From NCBI GenBank assembly GCA_046546095.1, contig JBKGYK010000002.1, positions 2,975-66,974 of the forward strand: 64,000 nucleotides of DNA. The letters run 5' to 3'. Below the pieces are notes generated by a model. It was given only the letters and a program-made list of their open reading frames with translations. It ran no database searches and was not told the origin of the DNA. The stretch comes from Bacteroidales bacterium (lineage in GTDB: Bacteria > Bacteroidota > Bacteroidia > Bacteroidales > ML635J-15). A program made the position numbers and the translations under genes. Of the stretch, positions 45,812-54,016 are shown piece after piece; the first letter of the stretch is position 1; each line of letters begins with the position of its first letter.

Positions 45812-45913
45812 AAAAATCGGTAAAGAGTAAGGAATATTGCCATAGTATTTGAAAATAACGAAACTTTTATCGGTAAAAATCGTAAAAGTATAAGATTTGG
45901 AAAAATCAGTAAA
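45812..45913. repeat. Cluster of ATC(G/A)GTAAA-type direct repeats downstream of the LytTR gene
   Basis: AAAAATCGGTAAA (45812-45824), ATCGGTAAA (45869-45877), AAAAATCGTAAAA (45875-45887) and AAAAATCAGTAAA (45901-45913). Confidence 0.5.
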
Positions 45914-45956
45914 TATACCTGCATCAATGCTTTAGGAAATGCTTATCTTGCAAAAG

Positions 45957-46547
45957 ATGAAACTGGACATGGATATATTTCAAATTACCGGAACACAATT
46001 GAAGCCGGAAAAAGGGAGAATGCTCATTGCAGAACCTATTCTACCGGATCTGATTTTCAGTCGCTCAGTTATTTTGCTTGTTGATGATACCAAAAATAAG
46101 CATGCCGGTCTGATACTCAATAAACCTGCAGGAATAAAAATCGGGCAGGTATTGTCTGAGTTTGAACATCTTGATTTTGATGTTTTCCTTGGTGGACCTG
46201 TTGATACAGACAAGCTTTTTTATTTGCATACCTATGGTGACCTGATTAAGGATGCCGTGCAGGTTACTGATAAGCTATGGTGGGGTGGTGACTTTTCCTC
46301 CATTAAGGAAATGCTGCACGCCGGGGTAATTTCATCCGATAAAATTGTATTTTACCTGGGTTACTCGGGCTGGACCGAAGGACAGTTAAGTGGCGAGCTT
46401 GATGAAGGGGCCTGGCTTGTAGCCAAAGACATACCTGAAGACTTTGTGTTTTCTGAGAACCATTCAAAATGGAGCCGTTCACTTGGATTTGTGGATGAAC
46501 GCTATCAGATATGGCGCAATTTTCCCGAAGATCCTGAGTTGAACTAA
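45957..46547 (+). CDS. YqgE/AlgH-family protein (UPF0301)
   Basis: GRMLIAEPILPDLIFSRSVILLVDD..HAGLILNKP and GGPV..LFYLH motifs. The start is uncertain (45939 or 45957). Confidence 0.85.
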   Translation: MKLDMDIFQITGTQLKPEKGRMLIAEPILPDLIFSRSVILLVDDTKNKHAGLILNKPAGIKIGQVLSEFEHLDFDVFLGGPVDTDKLFYLHTYGDLIKDAVQVTDKLWWGGDFSSIKEMLHAGVISSDKIVFYLGYSGWTEGQLSGELDEGAWLVAKDIPEDFVFSENHSKWSRSLGFVDERYQIWRNFPEDPELN

Positions 46548-46600
46548 TCAGTGTATTTCTAAAACCTTGATTTTATAATCTGTGTGGGGTTGCTGTCATA

Positions 46601-46626
46601 ACCACGGGTTGAAACCTGTGGTTTTA
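46601..46626 (+). terminator. Possible terminator after the AlgH-family gene
   Basis: 8-bp stem accacggg/cctgtggt (one G.U pair) with loop ttgaaa, then a short T run. Confidence 0.4.
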
Positions 46627-46812
46627 CGCCAGCCGACGGATCAGATGGTGGAGATCGGTCAGCTCACTGCAGCGACTGCGTCAGTAGCTCTAGCTTAGCG
46701 ATAAGCCCGGAGCTGGTGCTGCTGCTAAGGTCGTACTCATCCCCCGACTTTGAGTCGGGGGATGAGTGTGTAGGAGGATGAGGTACAGGCAGAAATTGAT
46801 TACCTTTGTTGC

Positions 46813-47643
46813 ATGAAAATTGGCAAAACAAATTACCTGGAAGCAAAAGAAAAATCAGAACACGGCTTTTATCTTACCGATGAAAGCGGAGAAGAAGTCT
46901 TGCTGCCCACCGCTTATTGTCCGGATTCCCTGAGGCCGGGAGATCAGATTGAGGTGTTTGTGTATAAAGATTCCTCTGACCGTCCGGTTGCAGTCACCGG
47001 CAAGCCACTGGCTGAGGCAGGGGAATTTGCCTGGATGAAGGTAACAGATGTTAACCGCTTTGGTGCATTTGTTGACTGGGGCTTACCTAAAGAATTGCTG
47101 GTGCCTTTTGCCGAACAAAATGAGAAGTTGTCTGAAGGCAGAGATTGTCTGATATACGTATTGCGGGATGAAAAAACCAATCGCATGATCGGCTCAGCCA
47201 AAATAAACCGCTATCTGCAGTTTGAGGATGTTGATCTTAAAGCGGGAGAGGAAGTTCAGATATTGCTGCACAAAACCGGTGATAAAGGCATCAGTGCAGT
47301 AGTTAACGGCAAATACAGTGGTCTGGTATTTCATTCCGATATCCATAGAAATGTGCATCCCGGAGATAAGTTACAGGCATGGGTAAAACAAGTCCGGCCT
47401 GACGGAAAAATTGATCTCAGTCTGGAACCTCTGGGTTATGAAAGCAGTGTGGAAACCCATTTGCAAAACCTGCTGGAAGCACTTGAAGCAGGACAGGGAT
47501 ATCTTCCGCTCAATGACAAATCGTCCCCGGCTGAAATCAGCCAAAACCTGGGCATGAGCAAAAAAGCATTTAAAAAAGCTGTCGGCAAATTGCTCAGAGA
47601 CAGGAGGATTGTTATGGAAGCAGATGGCATCAGATTGCTTTGA
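46813..47643 (+). CDS. CvfB/YitL-family S1-domain RNA-binding protein
   Basis: Repeated S1-like modules (GAFVDWGLPKELLVPFAEQ) and a C-terminal winged-helix-like tail. TACCTTTG at 46801-46808 is a possible -7 box only 4 nt from the ATG. Confidence 0.8.
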   Translation: MKIGKTNYLEAKEKSEHGFYLTDESGEEVLLPTAYCPDSLRPGDQIEVFVYKDSSDRPVAVTGKPLAEAGEFAWMKVTDVNRFGAFVDWGLPKELLVPFAEQNEKLSEGRDCLIYVLRDEKTNRMIGSAKINRYLQFEDVDLKAGEEVQILLHKTGDKGISAVVNGKYSGLVFHSDIHRNVHPGDKLQAWVKQVRPDGKIDLSLEPLGYESSVETHLQNLLEALEAGQGYLPLNDKSSPAEISQNLGMSKKAFKKAVGKLLRDRRIVMEADGIRLL

Positions 47644-47744
47644 TGCCGACAAATACCGTTTTCCTGCTTTATTTTTAGAAAGCATCAGTTGTTTTCCTAC
47701 CATCCTTTCCTTCATTTTGCTTGTTTGGTTTCATTGACATAACG

Positions 47745-47780
47745 GACAAAAAAAGCCGATCCCTTCAGGAACCGGCTTTC
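47745..47780 (-). terminator. Terminator after the small lipoprotein gene
   Basis: The minus strand reads aaagccgg-ttcctgaaggga-tcggcttttttt. Confidence 0.55.
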
Positions 47781-47799
47781 AATGTTTTTCGACTGTTTC

Positions 47800-48144
47800 T
47801 TACTCAGCCGGCGTTTCTTTGATGTTGACGACTTTTCCATCTTTCCAGCAAATCATGACATCGCTGTCTATCATGCCATGTTTTACATTCATGGTGTACG
47901 TGGTTTTGCCATCTTCTTCTTTGACGGATTTCACCGTGGGATCTTCAAGTGTGTAGAGGTCAAGAGGCATTTCATCTGCTTCATAATCATAAGCTTCTGC
48001 TGCATCCATGATCGAATTGGTGTTTTCAATCTTTGTCATGAATCCCTGCATTTCTTCAGATACTTCTACATCATTTCCACCACCGCAGGCGGTAAAACCC
48101 AGTGCAAATACTACGGCAATAAAAGCTGTCAGTAAATTTCTCAT
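47800..48144 (-). CDS. Small hypothetical lipoprotein
   Basis: Lipobox ALGFTAC with a GGG spacer. 114 aa, acidic. Confidence 0.6.
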   Translation of the reverse strand: MRNLLTAFIAVVFALGFTACGGGNDVEVSEEMQGFMTKIENTNSIMDAAEAYDYEADEMPLDLYTLEDPTVKSVKEEDGKTTYTMNVKHGMIDSDVMICWKDGKVVNIKETPAE

Positions 48145-48214
48145 AATATGATTTGTTTTGGTTTATATGCCTGACAATGTAAGAAAAAATAATCAGACTT
48201 TTGTGTGATCTTAA

Positions 48215-48889
48215 CTATTTATAGTGCTGTAGTAATTCATTAAAGCAGATAGGTGTTGTAGCGGTCAAAGATACCACATTTTTATCCCGTGGATGGACAA
48301 AAGTGAGTCCTGATGCATGCAGGAACAGCCGGTTGAGTCCCGTTTTTTCTTTGATATGTTTATTAAGATCCCAGTCGCCGTGTTGTGTGTCACCAATGAT
48401 GTCATACCGTAATCCGGATAAATGCTGCCTGATTTGGTGCCATCTGCCGGTCTCAATTTCTATTTCCAGAAGATTGAGGTACAAATCAATCCCGTTTTTG
48501 TCTTTTTCACCTGTATCCACCTGCTCCAGCCGTTTGTAAAATGTCACTGCAGACAGTTTTTTGCCTTTCTTCCGGTCAAAAACCGGCTTGTCAACTTGTC
48601 CATCAGCCGGCACCGATCCTTTAGTTATGGCCAAATATGTTTTTTTGATTTTTTTCTGCCTGAACATGGCATTGAATGACTCTGTTGTTTCTTTGTCAAA
48701 ACAGAGAATGATCAGTCCTGATGTTTTTGCATCCAGTCTGTGTGGATTGTAAATGTTTTTTTTGAAGTATTCAGCAGCCTGCTTGTTGAGATAATCAGCA
48801 TCAAGCTGCATGTAACTGTTTTTTGTAACTGCCAGGCCTGCTGGTTTATTAACGATGGCAAAGGTTTCTTCCTGATGTATGATTTCCAT
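48215..48889 (-). CDS. RluA-family pseudouridine synthase (no S4 domain)
   Basis: Catalytic motif HRLDAKTSGLIIL and GRWHQIRQHL are present. Confidence 0.85.
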   Translation of the reverse strand: MEIIHQEETFAIVNKPAGLAVTKNSYMQLDADYLNKQAAEYFKKNIYNPHRLDAKTSGLIILCFDKETTESFNAMFRQKKIKKTYLAITKGSVPADGQVDKPVFDRKKGKKLSAVTFYKRLEQVDTGEKDKNGIDLYLNLLEIEIETGRWHQIRQHLSGLRYDIIGDTQHGDWDLNKHIKEKTGLNRLFLHASGLTFVHPRDKNVVSLTATTPICFNELLQHYK

Positions 48890-48899
48890 GAGGGGATAA

Positions 48900-51212
48900 T
48901 TACTTGCTGATGTCGAAATGTTGATTGATCAGTTTGATGAGTTCTGTATTTTTAATTGGTTTTGAGATATAGTGATTGCAACCTGCAGCCAGTGCCTTTT
49001 CCTTATCATCTTTTCCTGCAAAAGCTGTTTGAGCGATCAGAAGAATCTCCGGATTGAATTTTCTGATTTGCCGTGCCGCTTCCAGCCCGTCCATGCCAGG
49101 CATTTTGATGTCCATCAGAACTACATCGGTTCCGGGTTTGTTTTTGCAAAGTTCTACAGCCTCTGTGCCTGTTGTCGCATAGGAAATTTCACTTGCATAC
49201 TTTTTTACTATCAGGGAAAGCAATTTTCTGGTGGCAGGATCATCATCTGCGATCAGTATAATGATTTTACTGCTGCCTGCCTCAGGCAATGTGAGATGGA
49301 TATTGTCAGAGTTTTCCTGGCCATCATCTGTTTCATTGGCTGTGAATTTTGCCGGAAGGCTAACGATAAATTTTGTTCCGTATCCTGGCTCTGATGTGAG
49401 CTGAATAGTGCCACCCAGCATTTCCGTGTATGATTTGCTTATGGCAAGTCCCAGGCCTGAACCCTGAAATGCTTTTTTATCTTGCAGGTCTGATTTAACG
49501 AAGCGTTCAAATATGGCCTTGTGCCTGTTGTTTGGAATCCCAATTCCGCTGTCCTCTACAAAGAAATCCAGTGTTTGGCTTCGGATATTATATCCCATTC
49601 TGATTTCTCCTTTGGGGGTGAATTTCAAGGCATTTTTAATCAAATTGGTCAGAATTGAGCTGATCTTGTTTTCATCACTGAGAAATGTTATCCGTTCCTC
49701 CGGTTTTGTATTGCTGAGCTCTAGTTTCAGACCTTTTTTCTCAGCTTCGGGACGGAAAAAATCATATAGCTCCCGGATAATTTTCCAGGGGTCTGTTTCC
49801 TTTTCCTGAATCTGAACTTGTCCGGTATCGATTTTTGATACTTCAATGATGTCATTCAGTGTTTCCAGCATGCGTTGGCCACTTCTACGGATGATGTCTA
49901 TATACATGTTTTTTTCTTCATCAGTGAGTTCAGGTTCAGACAACAAATCGGTGAAGCCCAGGATGCCATTCATAGGTGTACGTATTTCATGGCTCATGTT
50001 AGCAAGAAAGGCTGATTTGAGATGGTCGCTTTCCTCTGCTTTTTCTTTGGCAGCAACCAGGTCTTCCAGCATTTTTTTCTTTTTTGTAATGTCCTCTTTG
50101 ATGGCCAGAAAATGAATAATTTCTTCTTTTTCATTAAAAATGGGCGATATTGTAGCCTGTTCCCAGTATGTTCTTCCGCTTTTTGTTTTATTTCTGAGCT
50201 CACCGTGCCATGTTTTCCCTGCGGTAATTGTATCCCACAGCTCCTTATAAAAGCTGGAAGAATGGTAGCCTGAATTGAAAATTCTTGGTGTTTTCCCTAT
50301 AACTTCATCAGCCCGAAATCCGGTAATTTCCGTAAAAACCGGGTTAACGTATTCAATCTTTCCGTTTCTGTCGGTTATTTCAATGGCAATCGGGTTTTGC
50401 TCTACAGCCCTGCTCAGGAGTTGTATCTGTTCTTTGGCTTTTTTCCTTTCGGTAATGTCCCGGGCAACACTTAATACAGCTGTTTTGCCCTGATATTGAA
50501 TCAGACTGGAGCTGATTTCAACCGGAATATGTTTGCCATTTTTGGTTATGTGTAGTGTTTCAAAAACCTGAATTCTGCCTTCCTTTAAATTCCTGATCAT
50601 ATTGTTAATCCAGTCCTGATCGTGTAAAGCATCAATGCTTGTAAGACCATTTCTGCGCAGTTCTTCACGGGTGAAACCCAGTGTGATTTCTGCTCTTTGA
50701 TTGACATCCAGCAATGTGCCGTCAGGAGAAATGATCCATACGGTTTCATTCATTCCGTTGATCAAATCCTTATATTCATGCAGGCTGTTGAATAACTGTT
50801 GTTCAACCTTTTGTTTTTCTGCAATGGCTTTGTGTTTTTCAATGGCTTCAGATATGGCAAATGGCAGACGGGTGATTTTTTCCTTGAGTACATAATCATC
50901 AGCACCGGCTTTCATGCACTTAACAGCAGTTTCTTCATTCATTGATCCTGTAAGAATGATGAAAGGCACCCGGCGATTTTGTGACAGATTGATTTTCAAA
51001 GCACGCATTCCGTCAAAAACCGGCATGGAATAGTCTGACACGATAATGTCGGGCTTGAAGTTTTTCAGGCTTCTGATAAAATCTTCCTCTGTTTCAACCA
51101 ACCTGTAATCAAAATCAATCTTTTCTTTCCTGATCGCTCTTTGTGCCATCTCAAAATCTGTTGGGATATCCTCCACAAACAAAATTTTGATTTTTTCTTG
51201 TGATGCTGTCAT
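48900..51212 (-). CDS. Hybrid sensor kinase: REC-PAS-PAS-HisKA-HATPase-REC
   Basis: N-terminal receiver (ILFVEDI..IIVSDYSMP), two PAS blocks, H-box FLANMSHEIRTPMNGI, G-boxes DSGIGI/GSGLGLAISK and a C-terminal receiver (VVLMDIKMPGMDG..SKPI). The start was trimmed to ATG 51212. Confidence 0.9.
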   Translation of the reverse strand: MTASQEKIKILFVEDIPTDFEMAQRAIRKEKIDFDYRLVETEEDFIRSLKNFKPDIIVSDYSMPVFDGMRALKINLSQNRRVPFIILTGSMNEETAVKCMKAGADDYVLKEKITRLPFAISEAIEKHKAIAEKQKVEQQLFNSLHEYKDLINGMNETVWIISPDGTLLDVNQRAEITLGFTREELRRNGLTSIDALHDQDWINNMIRNLKEGRIQVFETLHITKNGKHIPVEISSSLIQYQGKTAVLSVARDITERKKAKEQIQLLSRAVEQNPIAIEITDRNGKIEYVNPVFTEITGFRADEVIGKTPRIFNSGYHSSSFYKELWDTITAGKTWHGELRNKTKSGRTYWEQATISPIFNEKEEIIHFLAIKEDITKKKKMLEDLVAAKEKAEESDHLKSAFLANMSHEIRTPMNGILGFTDLLSEPELTDEEKNMYIDIIRRSGQRMLETLNDIIEVSKIDTGQVQIQEKETDPWKIIRELYDFFRPEAEKKGLKLELSNTKPEERITFLSDENKISSILTNLIKNALKFTPKGEIRMGYNIRSQTLDFFVEDSGIGIPNNRHKAIFERFVKSDLQDKKAFQGSGLGLAISKSYTEMLGGTIQLTSEPGYGTKFIVSLPAKFTANETDDGQENSDNIHLTLPEAGSSKIIILIADDDPATRKLLSLIVKKYASEISYATTGTEAVELCKNKPGTDVVLMDIKMPGMDGLEAARQIRKFNPEILLIAQTAFAGKDDKEKALAAGCNHYISKPIKNTELIKLINQHFDISK

Positions 51213-51276
51213 GTTCGCTATTTTATTACTTAAATGATATCTGACATTTGTTTCCGCAAGGCGTTTTTTGCCTGAA

Positions 51277-51720
51277 TTATTCCGGTAGTGAATTGAGCAA
51301 CAACCAATATAATCCAAGGTTTTGTACTGCTGCAACAAATTTATCAAAATCTACCGGTTTAATGATATAACTGTTAACTCCCAGATCGTAACTTTGTATC
51401 ATATCTGACTCCTCAGAAGAGGATGTCAGGATAATGACCGGAATAAATTTGGTTTCCTGATTGCTTTTGATTTGCTTTAATACCTCAAGCCCGTCAACAC
51501 GGGGCAATTTCAGGTCAAGTAAAATAACTTTGGGCTTATTGCGCATGTTACGTTTTGCATATATGCCCCTGGCAAAAATAAAGTCAAGTGCTTTGTCTCC
51601 GTCATCAACCACTGTGATATTGTTGGTTAAATTGTTTTGTTTGAAGGCACGAACCGCTATTTCAGCATCATTGTGGTTGTCCTCTACGATCAGTATTTCC
51701 GTGTTGTTTAGTTTATCCAT
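51277..51720 (-). CDS. Stand-alone receiver (CheY-like) response regulator
   Basis: ILIVEDNHND, VILLDLKLPRVDG, ILTSS and IIKPV motifs. There is no output domain. Confidence 0.9.
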   Translation of the reverse strand: MDKLNNTEILIVEDNHNDAEIAVRAFKQNNLTNNITVVDDGDKALDFIFARGIYAKRNMRNKPKVILLDLKLPRVDGLEVLKQIKSNQETKFIPVIILTSSSEESDMIQSYDLGVNSYIIKPVDFDKFVAAVQNLGLYWLLLNSLPE

Positions 51721-51778
51721 GTCATTTTTGTTTGTATATACTCAGTTCAGTAAATAAATTATTCTGTTTCCTATTGAT

Positions 51779-53992
51779 TTACGATTCCGGGATCGTAAAA
51801 GAAACGACAGTTCCTTTGTTAATTTCACTTTCCACATTGACTTCACCTCTGTGCCTGTTGATAATTCTTTTGACGATAGCAAGTCCGACACCGGTTCCTT
51901 CAAATTCCTTTTCGCTGTGTAGCCGTTGAAAAACGCCAAACAGTTTATGTTTGTACCTGGGATCGAACCCGGCACCATGGTCTTTGATACTATATAGTAT
52001 TTTGTCTTTTGTTTTTTCTGCATATATCTCAATAACTTTTGTGTCTGATTTTGAGCTGTATTTTAGTGCATTGCTGATCAGGTTTTGCCATACCTGTTTT
52101 ATCAGGTTGATATCGGTTTTTGCTTTGGGCATATCTGCTATGCTAATATCAAATGATTCCTTTTCTTCTTCGGTTGCGATTTCATGGTACATGGCTTTTG
52201 CAACAGCAGTCATATCAGTTTCCGTAAGCTCAATTCTGGAACGGGATACACGTGAGAGGTTAAGCAAATCGGAGATTAACTGATCCATCTTTGCCGCATT
52301 GTTCCGGATTGTGTGAATATAGCGTTTGCCTTCATCATCCAACTTATCGGCGAAATCGTCATGTAAAAATTTTGCAAAACCATTGATGGCCCGCAAAGGA
52401 GCTCTCAGGTCATGCGATACAGAATACGTAAATGCTTTCAGTTCCTGATTGGAGTGCTCCAGCTTCCGGCGTTCTTCCTTTAGTTCTTCTGTTCGCTTGT
52501 TGAGGTCCTCTACCATATATAGCATGGCTGTTTGACTTTTGTCAAGATATGATACTTTTTCGTTTAGTTCCCTGGTTCTTTCCTCTACTTTCATCTCCAG
52601 CTCATTGGTTAATTTTGTCAGGGCAATTTCTTTGGTTTTTATTTCTGTGATATCTGCTATATTACCGTATATTTTGCTGATTTCTCCATGTTGGTATTCT
52701 GCTTTACCCATAGTTTTAATCCATTTTTGTTCTCCTGTAGCTGTCTTGATCTGTAAAACAAGGCTATAGCTTTGGCCGCTCTCCATGAGTTTAAGAAATG
52801 CTTCTGTGAGGATTTGCTGGTCTTTGGGACGATAAAATGACAGGGCATTATCCGGACCCGGCTTAAAATCGTTTTCACTGACACCAAATATGGCATAGGT
52901 GCCTAATGTCCAGATAAGGGTCTGTGTATTCTTGTCGAATTCCCAACCACCGGTTTTTGATGTCTTTTCCAGCTCATTCAGAAAAATTTTCTGCCTGTTC
53001 AGATTCTCCAGGGTTGCTTTGTGTTTATCGATCTCGTTATGCAGGCTCCATGTCCTTCTCTTTACCTCTTTTCGAAGCATGAATATCCAGGATGCAATAA
53101 GCAGAATGGATAAGGGAATCATAATATACAGTAAAAGCTTGACAAAGGCTTTCCTGTCAAAACTGTTGTCATTATCTACTCCAAACCATTTTTCCTTTAA
53201 ATTGTCATACGTGTTGTTGGCTATAATGATTGATAATCCTTCATTGAGTCTGGCCAGGGTGGCTGAATCTCCTTTTTGAACAGCGAAACAAAAGTCCTGT
53301 CTGAATTGTGGGATGTAAAAATCCAGTGCTTGTATGGATTCTATGTTTAACTCTTCCAGTAGTGTGATGCCGGTAATTCTTTGTGTGATGAGTGCGTCGT
53401 ATTTTCCCTGTGCCAGTTCTTTAAAGGCCTGTTCATAGGTTGGGGTTGTGAAAATTTTATCAGAGATGCTGTCCCGTCTGACAAACTCCTCGGCATTGTC
53501 TCCCTTCATTACCACAATCTCTTTGTCTTTCAGATCGTTGAGATTGTCAATGCCTTTTGTGCCTTCTCTTACAAACACAGCACCATGCAGCGACAGGTAA
53601 GGCATGGTGAAATCAAAAATTTCTTCCCGTTCAGGAGTACGGCCCACAAGAGGCAGAGCATCCAGTTCTCCATTGGCCAGCTCGTGTTTGATTTTTTCCC
53701 ATATACCGATTTTTATGTTCAGATTCAAGCCCGTTGCATCCGCAGTGGCTTGAAAAAGGTCAATTGAAAATCCGGATGGGTTCCCGTTTTCATCTACCAT
53801 GCAATAGGGAGGATAGTCAGGCTCACAAGCAATGAGAATGGTGTCTTCGGAAAAACCAATTGCAGGACTCTGTATCTGTGCGTGCATTATGCCGGGCAAC
53901 ACGAAAGTTGCTGACAGAATGATGATTGTAATGAGCTTTTTTCTCATAAGGGATTGTTTTTCATAGGTTTGTCGCCCCTGCATTTTTGTCAT
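51779..53992 (-). CDS. Sensor histidine kinase with periplasmic solute-binding (SBP family 3-like) domain, PAS, HisKA, HATPase
   Basis: Signal or TM segment, then an amino-acid-binding-protein-like domain (GFSIDLFQA..DALPLVGRTPERE), a TM segment, a PAS domain, H-box FTYSVSHDLRAPLRAI and G-boxes DHGAGF/GTGVGLAIVK. Confidence 0.85.
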   Translation of the reverse strand: MTKMQGRQTYEKQSLMRKKLITIIILSATFVLPGIMHAQIQSPAIGFSEDTILIACEPDYPPYCMVDENGNPSGFSIDLFQATADATGLNLNIKIGIWEKIKHELANGELDALPLVGRTPEREEIFDFTMPYLSLHGAVFVREGTKGIDNLNDLKDKEIVVMKGDNAEEFVRRDSISDKIFTTPTYEQAFKELAQGKYDALITQRITGITLLEELNIESIQALDFYIPQFRQDFCFAVQKGDSATLARLNEGLSIIIANNTYDNLKEKWFGVDNDNSFDRKAFVKLLLYIMIPLSILLIASWIFMLRKEVKRRTWSLHNEIDKHKATLENLNRQKIFLNELEKTSKTGGWEFDKNTQTLIWTLGTYAIFGVSENDFKPGPDNALSFYRPKDQQILTEAFLKLMESGQSYSLVLQIKTATGEQKWIKTMGKAEYQHGEISKIYGNIADITEIKTKEIALTKLTNELEMKVEERTRELNEKVSYLDKSQTAMLYMVEDLNKRTEELKEERRKLEHSNQELKAFTYSVSHDLRAPLRAINGFAKFLHDDFADKLDDEGKRYIHTIRNNAAKMDQLISDLLNLSRVSRSRIELTETDMTAVAKAMYHEIATEEEKESFDISIADMPKAKTDINLIKQVWQNLISNALKYSSKSDTKVIEIYAEKTKDKILYSIKDHGAGFDPRYKHKLFGVFQRLHSEKEFEGTGVGLAIVKRIINRHRGEVNVESEINKGTVVSFTIPES

Positions 53993-54016
53993 TTTGTCTT
54001 CCTGATTGGATCGTTA

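Noticed and set aside
45715-45927. 70-aa hydrophobic minus-strand ORF across the repeat cluster
   Set aside because: It overlaps the 3' end of the LytTR gene in antisense. Its Phe/Leu/Ile richness is what AT-rich intergenic DNA yields, and no promoter motif or terminator was seen.
46630-46790. tmRNA or a known riboswitch in the GC-rich island
   Set aside because: There is no tRNA-like acceptor/T-arm (no GGUUCGA-type loop and no CCA end). The small ORF ends ..VALA rather than the ..YALAA tag typical of this phylum. I saw none of the signature cores of cobalamin, TPP, FMN, SAM or fluoride riboswitches, and the region lies upstream of the likely promoter of the next gene.
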